Below, in pieces: positions 9,448 through 17,770 of a DNA stretch of 64,000 bases. Both the position numbers and the translations under genes were made by a program. The stretch comes from a virus, in the IMG/VR virus record IMGVR_UViG_3300046314_000658, one strand, 5' to 3'. Within the stretch, counting starts at the first letter, position 1, and every line of letters starts with the position of its first letter. The notes under the pieces were generated by a model. That model was not told where the DNA came from, did not search any database, and saw only the letters and a list, made by a program, of their open reading frames with translations.

Positions 9448-9837
9448 TTAACCAGCTTGTTGAGCCATCGGAGCAGGAGCAGCAGCAGAGCCGCCAATTT
9501 GACCTGTGCGCGGTGTCAAGATTTGGAATGTTGGAGTCAACACTTTCACGAGTTGTTGGAAGTATGTAAGAGCATTGACGCCATTACCAAGTGTAGTCTG
9601 CGAGCACAGCTCAAACAATGGGAACTGGCCTGCATTGCGGTTGCTAATAATGTTAAAGAAACGCTGGCGATCAATGCGATCGAGGGCGGTTAGTGGAAAG
9701 AAGTGGACGTTGCCGTTATTATCAACGGTCATAATAGCAACTTCAGTCCAGACGCCTTTACCAGAAAGGTCGATCCAACCAGTGTGTGGAAACTTACCAG
9801 GACGGATTTCGATAGGGGTTGCGTTATACTTAATCAT
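9448..9837 (-). CDS. Conserved hypothetical protein
   Basis: Clean ORF with CTAAATA late motif upstream. Confidence 0.7.
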   Translation of the reverse strand: MIKYNATPIEIRPGKFPHTGWIDLSGKGVWTEVAIMTVDNNGNVHFFPLTALDRIDRQRFFNIISNRNAGQFPLFELCSQTTLGNGVNALTYFQQLVKVLTPTFQILTPRTGQIGGSAAAPAPMAQQAG

Positions 9838-9913
9838 GTGAAAAACCTTTGTGCAGCAGTCTGCAGTGTTCGGTGTTATTTAGACTGCAAAAAATGCGGG
9901 TATTTTAGGGAAC

Positions 9914-9936
9914 AAAAAAGGGCCCTTGCGGGCCCT
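9914..9936 (-). terminator. Terminator of the tmRNA transcript
   Basis: AGGGCCC-gcaa-GGGCCCTTTTTT on the minus strand. Confidence 0.8.
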
Positions 9937-9944
9937 AATTTAGC

Positions 9945-10226
9945 GGTTATTGGGAGATAAGGTCACCGTGACCTCATCATCACGCTACCAAAAGGAAGCG
10001 ATCAGAGTTCGAAGCGTTAGCTGCGTTTAGTTTTTCGCTGGTTTTACGAGGACTGCATCTCGATTCCTAATCGTATCTACTCATTGCGCAGGCAATCTCC
10101 ACGTCGGGCCCATCAAAAACAGTCTTGTATACGAATGCACTATGGACTTACAACATATGACCCAAACTGTTTATGGTGGACCCGGGGGTTTCGAAACCCC
10201 TTCTTGCACACCTTTTGATACAACTT
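9945..10226 (-). ncRNA. ssrA: Circularly permuted (two-piece) tmRNA
   Basis: Acceptor piece 10226-10174 ends GGGGTTTCGAAACCCC-CGGGTCC-A-CCA; 62-nt intervening stem; coding piece starts GGGCCCG at 10111 (G3:U70); resume codon GCA at 10024; tag AANASNSDRFLLVA followed by TGA x3; outer ends approximate. Confidence 0.88.
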
Positions 10227-10846
10227 CAAACAGAATTTTTTACGACCCGTCCTTTGCGCCAACCTTCTGGCACAGTCGAGTCTTTACTAATCTTTATATT
10301 ATTTATACCATTTGTTATCCACATCGTTCCATATTGAGAATTTTTAGATCCTTGAGCGTGAGCTGATGCTTGAAAACTGGCAATTCTATTAGCTCTAGCT
10401 TCTGTTGTCAATGCGGCCACTCGACCCAATGCTTGTATTTCAGGGTTGGTAAATAATGATACATAACTAGCACTATAAATCCACATACTTCGCTGTTTTT
10501 GAGCAGCAATTGCCGCTTTACCGCCTCGTACACGCGATTCCACTGTGGTTGGCATGCTGTTAATATAATCAAAACCACCTGTACCACCGCGGCGCAAGTT
10601 ATACACATCATCGCGGGCCAAAAACTGCTCATTTACAACTTCTGCTTCTCGAGCAAACATCTGCTCTGCATCTTCAAATTTTTCTAATATAGTTTTGGTA
10701 AAATTTTCAAGACTATATTTTGCAATGGCTGCCTTGATAACCTTTCCGCTTCCCATGTAACCATCATCAATATCAGCGGTTTTGTGGACACCCACATATA
10801 TTTTACCATTGACTAGGTTCTTAATCTCATACAAGTAATAGTGCAT
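10226..10846 (-). CDS. Free-standing GIY-YIG (Seg-like) homing endonuclease
   Basis: YYLYEIKNLVNGKIYVGVH...GYMGSG...E...YN; C-terminal MWITNG..PEGWRKGR; TATAAATA and AGGAGG upstream. Confidence 0.9.
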   Translation of the reverse strand: MHYYLYEIKNLVNGKIYVGVHKTADIDDGYMGSGKVIKAAIAKYSLENFTKTILEKFEDAEQMFAREAEVVNEQFLARDDVYNLRRGGTGGFDYINSMPTTVESRVRGGKAAIAAQKQRSMWIYSASYVSLFTNPEIQALGRVAALTTEARANRIASFQASAHAQGSKNSQYGTMWITNGINNIKISKDSTVPEGWRKGRVVKNSV

Positions 10847-10959
10847 ATCTGCCTCCTACTTGTATTTATAAGAAAATGTGAGGCGGGCGGATTTGAACCC
10901 CCTTGTTGCCAGCTTTACTGAAATGAAACGTGCAAGATAACTCTTGCTACAACCATTCT

Positions 10960-11124
10960 TTAATTATTTATGCTTTCGTCTTTGTTCTCAACATCAACTA
11001 ACCATTTGGGAATGTATGGGCAGTAAAACATACCAGTTACATTCCCATCTACATCGAGCGTGGCGATTGGTTTACAATCCTCAATCTCGTAGTACGTACC
11101 TCTATCAATCAATCCGGTAGCCAT
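10960..11124 (-). CDS. 54-aa protein with a gp23-like GMFYCPYIP motif
   Basis: Translated by hand: MATGLIDRGTYYEIEDCKPIATLDVDGNVTGMFYCPYIPKWLVDVENKDESINN. Confidence 0.55.
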   Translation of the reverse strand: MATGLIDRGTYYEIEDCKPIATLDVDGNVTGMFYCPYIPKWLVDVENKDESINN

Positions 11125-11699
11125 AATGGATTGTGTGAAGTTAAGATTGCCATACGATCGTCAAAATTTGGTGTATCGATTACACACTGCTTTGTGGGTT
11201 GCGTCATTTGGCTAAAATAATCAATCATCGTCAAATCAACCATTCGACTATAATGACGATTGCTACCACGCGTGCCGTCGTGTTCAGGTTTGAAGTGTCC
11301 GGCACGGAGGTAATATACCTTGTCGTAAATCTGTTGCGCAGCCATACACTTGCGGTAATACTCATCCAACCAGTCACTGTATGAATTGTTATGCCCCATT
11401 GCTACTAAAGCATAGGTCCACAAATCAGAAAAGCTTCTTTCTGTAAAGATAACTTGCTTAGCGCCACTAGGAGTAGTCGCAAGGATAAATTGATCATCTG
11501 CCAACTTTCGCTTCAAAATTTCATCTTGGAACTTGCAAGTGAGTGCGTTATTCTCATTCACTTCATCAAGAGTATACCCCCAGTCAGCCAAAATGGATCG
11601 CGACGTCTTGCGGGCGATGACTTGATATCCTATTTTGGAAAGTTCCGCAAGAATGCTCGACTTGCCAGCACCTTGCGATCCTGAGACTGATATTAGCAT
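11109..11699 (-). CDS. P-loop nucleotide kinase (AAA_28/NadR-like)
   Basis: GSQGAGKS Walker A; ERSFSD; DGTR. Confidence 0.75.
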   Translation of the reverse strand: MLISVSGSQGAGKSSILAELSKIGYQVIARKTSRSILADWGYTLDEVNENNALTCKFQDEILKRKLADDQFILATTPSGAKQVIFTERSFSDLWTYALVAMGHNNSYSDWLDEYYRKCMAAQQIYDKVYYLRAGHFKPEHDGTRGSNRHYSRMVDLTMIDYFSQMTQPTKQCVIDTPNFDDRMAILTSHNPLWLPD

Positions 11700-11711
11700 A
11701 GGTTGGTTTCC

Positions 11712-11924
11712 TTATTTAACGGAAGTATCAGTTGCCGCTGCTTTTGCTGTTGCAGTATCCATCGAAGTGCGATTCAATGTCATAATTTGCTCATTGTGTG
11801 CACTCAACTTCGATGCCATCTTTGCGGCAAGAATGCTCGATAGAACAGCTTTTGCTTGCTCCGTGCTGTCTGTGACAACATTATTAATCATAGCACTATA
11901 TTGTTGACGTAGTTCTGGTTCCAT
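11712..11924 (-). CDS. Hypothetical protein
   Basis: In-operon helical ORF. Confidence 0.6.
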   Translation of the reverse strand: MEPELRQQYSAMINNVVTDSTEQAKAVLSSILAAKMASKLSAHNEQIMTLNRTSMDTATAKAAATDTSVK

Positions 11925-11928
11925 TTGG

Positions 11929-12189
11929 TTACCCTATAAAGTAAAGTTTGTACGGCTTATTACGAAAGTCTGGTAGGGTGCCGATTTGATAACCCATTAC
12001 CTTCTGCTCAACTATTATTGATGATCTGCTAGTTGCAAGTAAGTTGGCAACTTCAATCGCCAACTGCTCATCAATTGGATCACCAACAGCTTCCACGATG
12101 CAGATGTTTGACCCAACCGGTGCAAGTCGGATCAACTGCGAGTTTACATTTTGCAGAGTCGCGCCTTGACGGAGGTGAAATACGTTCAC
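11929..12189 (-). CDS. Hypothetical protein
   Basis: GTGA overlap with the upstream gene. Confidence 0.6.
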   Translation of the reverse strand: MNVFHLRQGATLQNVNSQLIRLAPVGSNICIVEAVGDPIDEQLAIEVANLLATSRSSIIVEQKVMGYQIGTLPDFRNKPYKLYFIG

Positions 12190-12488
12190 GACTTATCCTC
12201 TGCATCACCAGATTGATCACCGTATAACGTCGTATACAACTCATTCGTAGCTTCTAGCTTTGCATTAGCAGTACCGAATGATTGCTTGTGACGCATTGCA
12301 ATTACCTTATTCAAAATAGATGCGTCAATCTTGAATTGTTCACGAATTGCTGCAATGATCTCTTTCTTGTGGTCCTTTTCACCATCTGCTCGTATTAAGC
12401 AACCGCAAGCTTCCTCTATCATAATTTTCAACTGTTTTCGCTCGACATCACTAGATGGAGGGACGAAATCAAATCCTTCTACTGCCAT
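12186..12488 (-). CDS. T4 DsbA-like double-stranded DNA-binding protein
   Basis: KIMIEEA..LIRAD.EKDHKKEI...FKID..ILNKVIAMRHKQSF pattern. Confidence 0.6.
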   Translation of the reverse strand: MAVEGFDFVPPSSDVERKQLKIMIEEACGCLIRADGEKDHKKEIIAAIREQFKIDASILNKVIAMRHKQSFGTANAKLEATNELYTTLYGDQSGDAEDKS

Positions 12489-12500
12489 AATAATTCCTTT

Positions 12501-13124
12501 TTATATAACTTGCTCTAACCATTGTGTCCATGTACCCGGAAAGTTCTTCGGTGAATATATCAACGGAGATTCGAGTTGAATAAATGTCTTTGATATGAAC
12601 AACTCACCCATTCCAATTTTCGAAAATACGTGCGTAAAATGTGGATCGCTCGGATAGATGATCATCGTTCCGCGCACTGGATTGAATCCAAATCCGTGGG
12701 ATGGTAACTCAAACTTGCCACCGTACACTTCAAACTCAGTATCAAACGGTGGCTTATCATTATAATCACTCAAAAACACAAGTGCTGTCAAGTCTCTATT
12801 ATGTACCCGCAACCACTTGTCTTTAATTCGAGTCGAATTGTCGCAAGTTGCAACAGGGTTGACAGTACTATCCGCCCATTGGACACGAGTTGGCTCCAGA
12901 TTGGTGATTTTTCCTTGGTAGTGCTCTTCTATCGATTCTCTATTTGCAGCAATTGCACCAGCAACCATCTCATGAGCCAACTCAGTGTGCTTGATTGTCA
13001 TTACTGGCTGACCAGATTTGTTTACATCAAGTGATATGAACTCAGCACTGTCGGCGATTTGCTCACACTGCATTGGTGATACAGCTTCGTGGATAATGAA
13101 AAATGGGGAGTGAACTTGGGTCAT
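12501..13124 (-). CDS. 2OG-Fe(II) oxygenase-like protein
   Basis: RDLTALVFLSDY, EVYGGKFEL, PVRGTMIIYPS..FTH double-stranded beta-helix motifs. Confidence 0.7.
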   Translation of the reverse strand: MTQVHSPFFIIHEAVSPMQCEQIADSAEFISLDVNKSGQPVMTIKHTELAHEMVAGAIAANRESIEEHYQGKITNLEPTRVQWADSTVNPVATCDNSTRIKDKWLRVHNRDLTALVFLSDYNDKPPFDTEFEVYGGKFELPSHGFGFNPVRGTMIIYPSDPHFTHVFSKIGMGELFISKTFIQLESPLIYSPKNFPGTWTQWLEQVI

Positions 13125-13810
13125 TTTTTTAATTTTGATGTGTGATAATCTGTGAAGACTTTATTTACTTGTCCAACATACGGATAAATCGACTTTTCAA
13201 ATACTTGAGGTTTAAAAAGCGTCTCGTTCCCGATGATTGTTACAATGTTCTCAATAAGGATGCCGGTCATTTCATAAAACATCAGGGCGTACGTCGTTTC
13301 TTGTAGAAAATAGTCCTTGATGTAGTCTTCTGTTTTCTTCTTGCTTGCAGTCTTGAAATCGATGATAGCAGGTTTACCCTTCCACACACCAATCAAGTCT
13401 ACACGACCAGCTGTTTTAAGTTCGTGGGATACCAAGCACTGCTCATTGACCCATATTTCCGTTAGGTTGGTGACCAATTGTTTTTTAATCTGTCTGTACG
13501 GAACTGCAATCTCTTTAGGGGAATCTTCTGCCAATGTTTTAGTTTGATCATTGAGCCAATCGTCAAGTGGATTGTGTACACCCGTACCACGATCGGTTGC
13601 AGCTTTTGTTTTAGCTGCTGCTTTATCGAAGCCAATGTTCTTGCGCCAAGCGTTTAGTGCTTCTTGTTTTTCTGGATCGGCTTGTCCGATAACAGTCGTT
13701 ACACTTGGGTACCACAAGTCGTCTGCAACTTTGTACATTCGCTTGCCATAGACGTTAGTTTTCGATTCGAGCTCGATGGCCCATTCAGGATGAGAGTTGC
13801 GTGGTATCAA
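13121..13810 (-). CDS. PD-(D/E)XK (Cas4/RecB-like) exonuclease
   Basis: YPSVTTV, RGTGVH, AGRVDLIG, IIDFKT, YFLQETTYA. Confidence 0.85.
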   Translation of the reverse strand: MIPRNSHPEWAIELESKTNVYGKRMYKVADDLWYPSVTTVIGQADPEKQEALNAWRKNIGFDKAAAKTKAATDRGTGVHNPLDDWLNDQTKTLAEDSPKEIAVPYRQIKKQLVTNLTEIWVNEQCLVSHELKTAGRVDLIGVWKGKPAIIDFKTASKKKTEDYIKDYFLQETTYALMFYEMTGILIENIVTIIGNETLFKPQVFEKSIYPYVGQVNKVFTDYHTSKLKK

Positions 13811-13868
13811 AATAGGTAAAGGGAACTAATGCTCCCTTATCTATGTTTGGTAAAAAGGGGGCAACTAC

Positions 13869-14138
13869 TCACCACCCCTTGTCTATGATTACCCTAGGCA
13901 TTGCATCCTCTTCGACACCATCTTTCATTAGTTTAGCAAGACGAGGTTTAAATAGAGATTGATTTCCTTTTGTGGTATACAGGATTGGCTGGCCGTGTGT
14001 GTCTTTACCAAATCCTGTCACAGTTGCTTTACGATTCTTGAATTTTCCAATTCGGATTTCGTCTCCTACTTCAATAGCAGGTAGTTCTAGCCGTGGTTGT
14101 TCAGCAGCTTCACATAGATAATCCAAGAATTTGCCCAC
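13869..14138 (-). CDS. Small SH3/KOW-like putative internal head protein
   Basis: GTG start; GKFLDYLCE|A N-terminus; IEVGDEIRIGKFKNRKATV. Confidence 0.55.
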   Translation of the reverse strand: MGKFLDYLCEAAEQPRLELPAIEVGDEIRIGKFKNRKATVTGFGKDTHGQPILYTTKGNQSLFKPRLAKLMKDGVEEDAMPRVIIDKGW

Positions 14139-14139
14139 T

Positions 14140-15390
14140 CTACAACCTCTTATCAATGTAGTTTTTAGCAGCTAGTAGTGTACCAAAACGATTAACAGTT
14201 GCGCCCACGATGGCCCATTGTTTTGGGCCTTCTTGGCGTACAGTGTACTGCTTGTATTTGATAGATTTGTACTCAGGCGATGTTGATTGTTCGTTGACAG
14301 CTTTACTGAAATTTCTCCAGTCGGATCTGATATGAGAACCTGGGAATTTAATCATTGTAACTTCCAACATTTCAAACCCACGGTCAACACTTAGGACTTT
14401 ACATTTCTCACCCTTGTACTTACTATCAGCAGTAATAGTAACAGTATCACCTTTTCTGAACGGAGAAGCTGCTTCTGTTACACCTCGTAAATCTTTTGCG
14501 CACATCCCACGCATTAGTACATTACCGTTTGGCAGCTTAATCGGTTGACCGAGCATTGTTGGACGATAGTCCGCGTGGCCACCAGCGTGACGAAGTACCG
14601 TGTTAGTTTTTGGATCGACTTCATACCAGTCATCATCATTGAAGTGACCGGTGTATGCTTCGTTAACTGCTTTAGACGCATATTTTACATTCTGCGCTGC
14701 GCGTGCTCGTTTATTAGCAGTGTCAGCAATGCTTTTCATCTGATCCAAGATTGGATCCTTAACTGGTGCGGTCAGCTTTTTAACACTACGCTTGATTGTA
14801 TCACTAAGACCTTCCACCACAGTTGGTTCATTGAATGATTCAGATACTGCTGAACGCGATTGTGCAGCTTCCCAACCCAAGTTCCATTCGCGATTGTCGT
14901 CACTACCAGCTGGGTGTGGATTTTTAACAACATCAGCGAGAAATGCATCGTACCCGGCAGCGTAAGCAGTGCTGTTTTTACTTTCTTTGACGCTTGCGTG
15001 CTTCTTTTTGATTTCGAAGTGATTCACGAACTTGCCATTCACAGTGTAATGATCGCCTGCTTTTGAGACGCTTGTGATTTTACCTTTGCCTCGGCCACCT
15101 TCTTGTGGCGGATCCATTTCGTACGACACGTCGTCACCAACTTTATATTTGTGCGTTAGTGCTTGTCCCATTACTTTACCAGCAATTTTGTTGAGTATAC
15201 CTTCTGTCAACGAGCCTTTGCTAGTTGGAGCATTGAAACGACCTTTGTGAGACGTTTTATCCCAAGCGTGGTACGTACCAGTCTTGTTATCTTTTGTAAC
15301 AGTGTAGCCAAGTTTTTTAGCAGCGGTTTCCCATTCGGCAAGTTTGGAGTAAGCGCTTTCATTGAGTGCGATGATAGATGTTAGTTTCAC
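14140..15390 (-). CDS. Putative protease-processed internal head polyprotein
   Basis: Eight [LV]-x-E|[SGAQ] sites separate 48-73 aa modules. Confidence 0.6.
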   Translation of the reverse strand: MKLTSIIALNESAYSKLAEWETAAKKLGYTVTKDNKTGTYHAWDKTSHKGRFNAPTSKGSLTEGILNKIAGKVMGQALTHKYKVGDDVSYEMDPPQEGGRGKGKITSVSKAGDHYTVNGKFVNHFEIKKKHASVKESKNSTAYAAGYDAFLADVVKNPHPAGSDDNREWNLGWEAAQSRSAVSESFNEPTVVEGLSDTIKRSVKKLTAPVKDPILDQMKSIADTANKRARAAQNVKYASKAVNEAYTGHFNDDDWYEVDPKTNTVLRHAGGHADYRPTMLGQPIKLPNGNVLMRGMCAKDLRGVTEAASPFRKGDTVTITADSKYKGEKCKVLSVDRGFEMLEVTMIKFPGSHIRSDWRNFSKAVNEQSTSPEYKSIKYKQYTVRQEGPKQWAIVGATVNRFGTLLAAKNYIDKRL

Positions 15391-16316
15391 TGTGCGTGTC
15401 CTTTTGATGTACGATATTTAGCCAAGCGTTGAACAAGTCGTTCATTTTTCTTGCGCTCTTTTTCTTCTTCTTCAAATTCTTCCATGTCTGCAACTTCTTG
15501 CTCGCGACTGATCTCAGCATCTTGTTTTTGAGTTTCAATGTCTTGTAACTCGGTTTCAGCTTTTGCTTTTGCAACATCAGCATTCGCAGTACGAACGCCA
15601 GTTTCAGATTTTAGTAGGTCGATCACCTGTTGCAATAACTGAACTGTGCTTTGCTGCATATCTGGAGATGTCTCATCTTCACTACCAAGTTCACCACCTT
15701 CTTCGCCATCAAGGTCCAGTTCATTATCACCAGCATCTTCCTCACCGTCAAGCGCGAGATCGTCTTCACCACCTTCTTCACTCTCTGGTTCCTCATCCTC
15801 TGTAATTGCTTCATCCCATTCAACGTCGACGATATCGTAGTCCTGCTTTAGCATGTACAGCACTTCTGCGATTTCTTTTGGATTGTCTGCATCACTCAAG
15901 ATAGCATTGAGACGAGTTTCAAAATCTTCCGCTTGATCGCGCTTAACGGTGACCTTGATCACTTTACCGTCACCATCTTGCAAACCAAAAGTAGATGTTT
16001 GTGTTTTATCATCAACCTGTGCACGCTTGGTAGCGTTTGACACCTTATCATTTACATCAGCAACGATCTTCGCATTTTTATCTGCACTGAGGCCATTCCC
16101 TCCGTTAGAGCCCACTGCTCCATCGAATTCAAATAGGATGGCTGTACTCACATCAAAAGTTGAGATTACACTTTCGCTAATCTTCAACTTTTGCACTTTA
16201 TTCTTTAGTATCGGACGTCGTTTAATAGAACCAGAGTGCGTAAATGGGTTACCAGCAATCGATGCTGCCCCTATCGAGCCAGCGGCTGCGTCTTCTAAAA
16301 TGGTAGAGAGTTTCAT
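15387..16316 (-). CDS. Acidic, coiled-coil putative prohead core/internal protein
   Basis: MKLSTILE|D start; long D/E-rich tract; C-terminal coiled coil. Confidence 0.55.
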   Translation of the reverse strand: MKLSTILEDAAAGSIGAASIAGNPFTHSGSIKRRPILKNKVQKLKISESVISTFDVSTAILFEFDGAVGSNGGNGLSADKNAKIVADVNDKVSNATKRAQVDDKTQTSTFGLQDGDGKVIKVTVKRDQAEDFETRLNAILSDADNPKEIAEVLYMLKQDYDIVDVEWDEAITEDEEPESEEGGEDDLALDGEEDAGDNELDLDGEEGGELGSEDETSPDMQQSTVQLLQQVIDLLKSETGVRTANADVAKAKAETELQDIETQKQDAEISREQEVADMEEFEEEEKERKKNERLVQRLAKYRTSKGHAQ

Positions 16317-16337
16317 AATATGTTGTGGCAGTATTGA

Positions 16338-17747
16338 TTATTTATCACCGAGGTAGCTCTTGTATAAGATTTCTACAGCTTGTTGAGTAGTTCTCGTGGA
16401 TTGTATTGCTTTTTCATTGCTACGAATGTCTGTAATGATATCAGCAAACAGCGACAACGTACGGCGAGTAATCTCAGGAGAGTACTTAAATTTGCGCCCC
16501 GTTGCTGAATCCATTTCAATTTTGTCGACCCGCTGCATAAATGTATCTTTTGCTTGGATCAGCGATTGTTCAGCAGTTTTTAGTGCTTGAATGAGTTGCG
16601 GACGAACTTTATTAATATCAACAGACCAGTCACCTTCACGAGAAGCAAGGAATGCACGGATTGTGCGAGGCGTTTTCAATTTCGGCTCTTGCAGGATTAC
16701 AGACAAATCCTCTAGCAAATCACCGTAGATAGAGCCACTACGTGTTTCAGCAACTTTTAACATTCCCTCAACGGGACGAGGTACAGTAGCTTTGATTTGA
16801 TTGCGAATAGCAAAGTTGAATTGATTGAAAGCGGAGAACACATCCTTATCAACAATCTTGATTTGACGGTTTGTTTTTGGATCGAACATAACGACGCCCT
16901 CGATACCCGGATCATGCTCAGCATCAACATCACTCACGTCACGCAAACTCGGTACCAGCGTACGGACAAACTGTTTGAGCAATTTCTCTTTAATTGGTAG
17001 TTTGAAATCGGTTAATAACTTCTCTGCAACTTGCTTGCGAAGTGCAACCATCTCCCGAGTCTTGGAGGTTGAACGAGTAATATCAGCAATTGACATCGCC
17101 CCCTGCGACGTCTCCACCTGCTGACTGATGTACAGCTTCAATTGCTCCAACTCATCCTCAAAATCAATCTGTTTTAACTTCTGTGCATCTATTTGTTGTG
17201 GAGTGGTGAAACGCCAAGTAATCATTGTTGGCTTCTTGATCAAATCTACCCCATTTTCAGTTGTAATCTCGACCGTCTCTACCTGTACTGGTGCTAGTTT
17301 CAATGATTGAAGTTTTTTGATGATTTGTGGAGATTGTTCGCTGATAGCGCGAAGAAATGCGATTGCTGAACTACCATAAATGATAGCATTTGGTTGTCGA
17401 CCATAAAGAACCTCACACTCAACTAATATATTAGCAGGAACCACTCTTGCTAGACTAGCCTCAACCTGTTGTAGTGCTTGATGAGCAGATTTAAACCCAA
17501 CATACGCAGGGGAGTCTCCCCACTGAGCTGGATCGTATACAGGCGTATCATTCCCTTTTTGCTGTCGGTTGGTATACAACTTACCGTGCTCGTCAATTCC
17601 GAAAGTTAGTGCAGATCCATCTAATTTTTCTGTTGCTGCATACCGAGTAAGGTTGGTAATTGTATCGACGAACTCATCTATCGACAGATCTTCGATGTGT
17701 TCAATCCCTTCTTTTAGGGATTGTTTTAAATATTCACTAAATCGCAT
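16338..17747 (-). CDS. Covalent nucleotidyltransferase/RNA-ligase-like protein (DUF6267-like)
   Basis: IEHIEDL, motif I TEKLDG, EGVV, IKIVDK. Confidence 0.6.
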   Translation of the reverse strand: MRFSEYLKQSLKEGIEHIEDLSIDEFVDTITNLTRYAATEKLDGSALTFGIDEHGKLYTNRQQKGNDTPVYDPAQWGDSPAYVGFKSAHQALQQVEASLARVVPANILVECEVLYGRQPNAIIYGSSAIAFLRAISEQSPQIIKKLQSLKLAPVQVETVEITTENGVDLIKKPTMITWRFTTPQQIDAQKLKQIDFEDELEQLKLYISQQVETSQGAMSIADITRSTSKTREMVALRKQVAEKLLTDFKLPIKEKLLKQFVRTLVPSLRDVSDVDAEHDPGIEGVVMFDPKTNRQIKIVDKDVFSAFNQFNFAIRNQIKATVPRPVEGMLKVAETRSGSIYGDLLEDLSVILQEPKLKTPRTIRAFLASREGDWSVDINKVRPQLIQALKTAEQSLIQAKDTFMQRVDKIEMDSATGRKFKYSPEITRRTLSLFADIITDIRSNEKAIQSTRTTQQAVEILYKSYLGDK

Positions 17748-17770
17748 ACGCACCTTCAACAAAAGTGTAT

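Noticed and set aside
10174-10200. Ordinary tRNA gene
   Set aside because: No upstream D or anticodon arm; the matching 5' strand lies downstream and leads into a tag frame
13121-13810. Cas4-like nuclease as part of a CRISPR system
   Set aside because: No array or other cas genes; solo nucleases of this type are common in large phages
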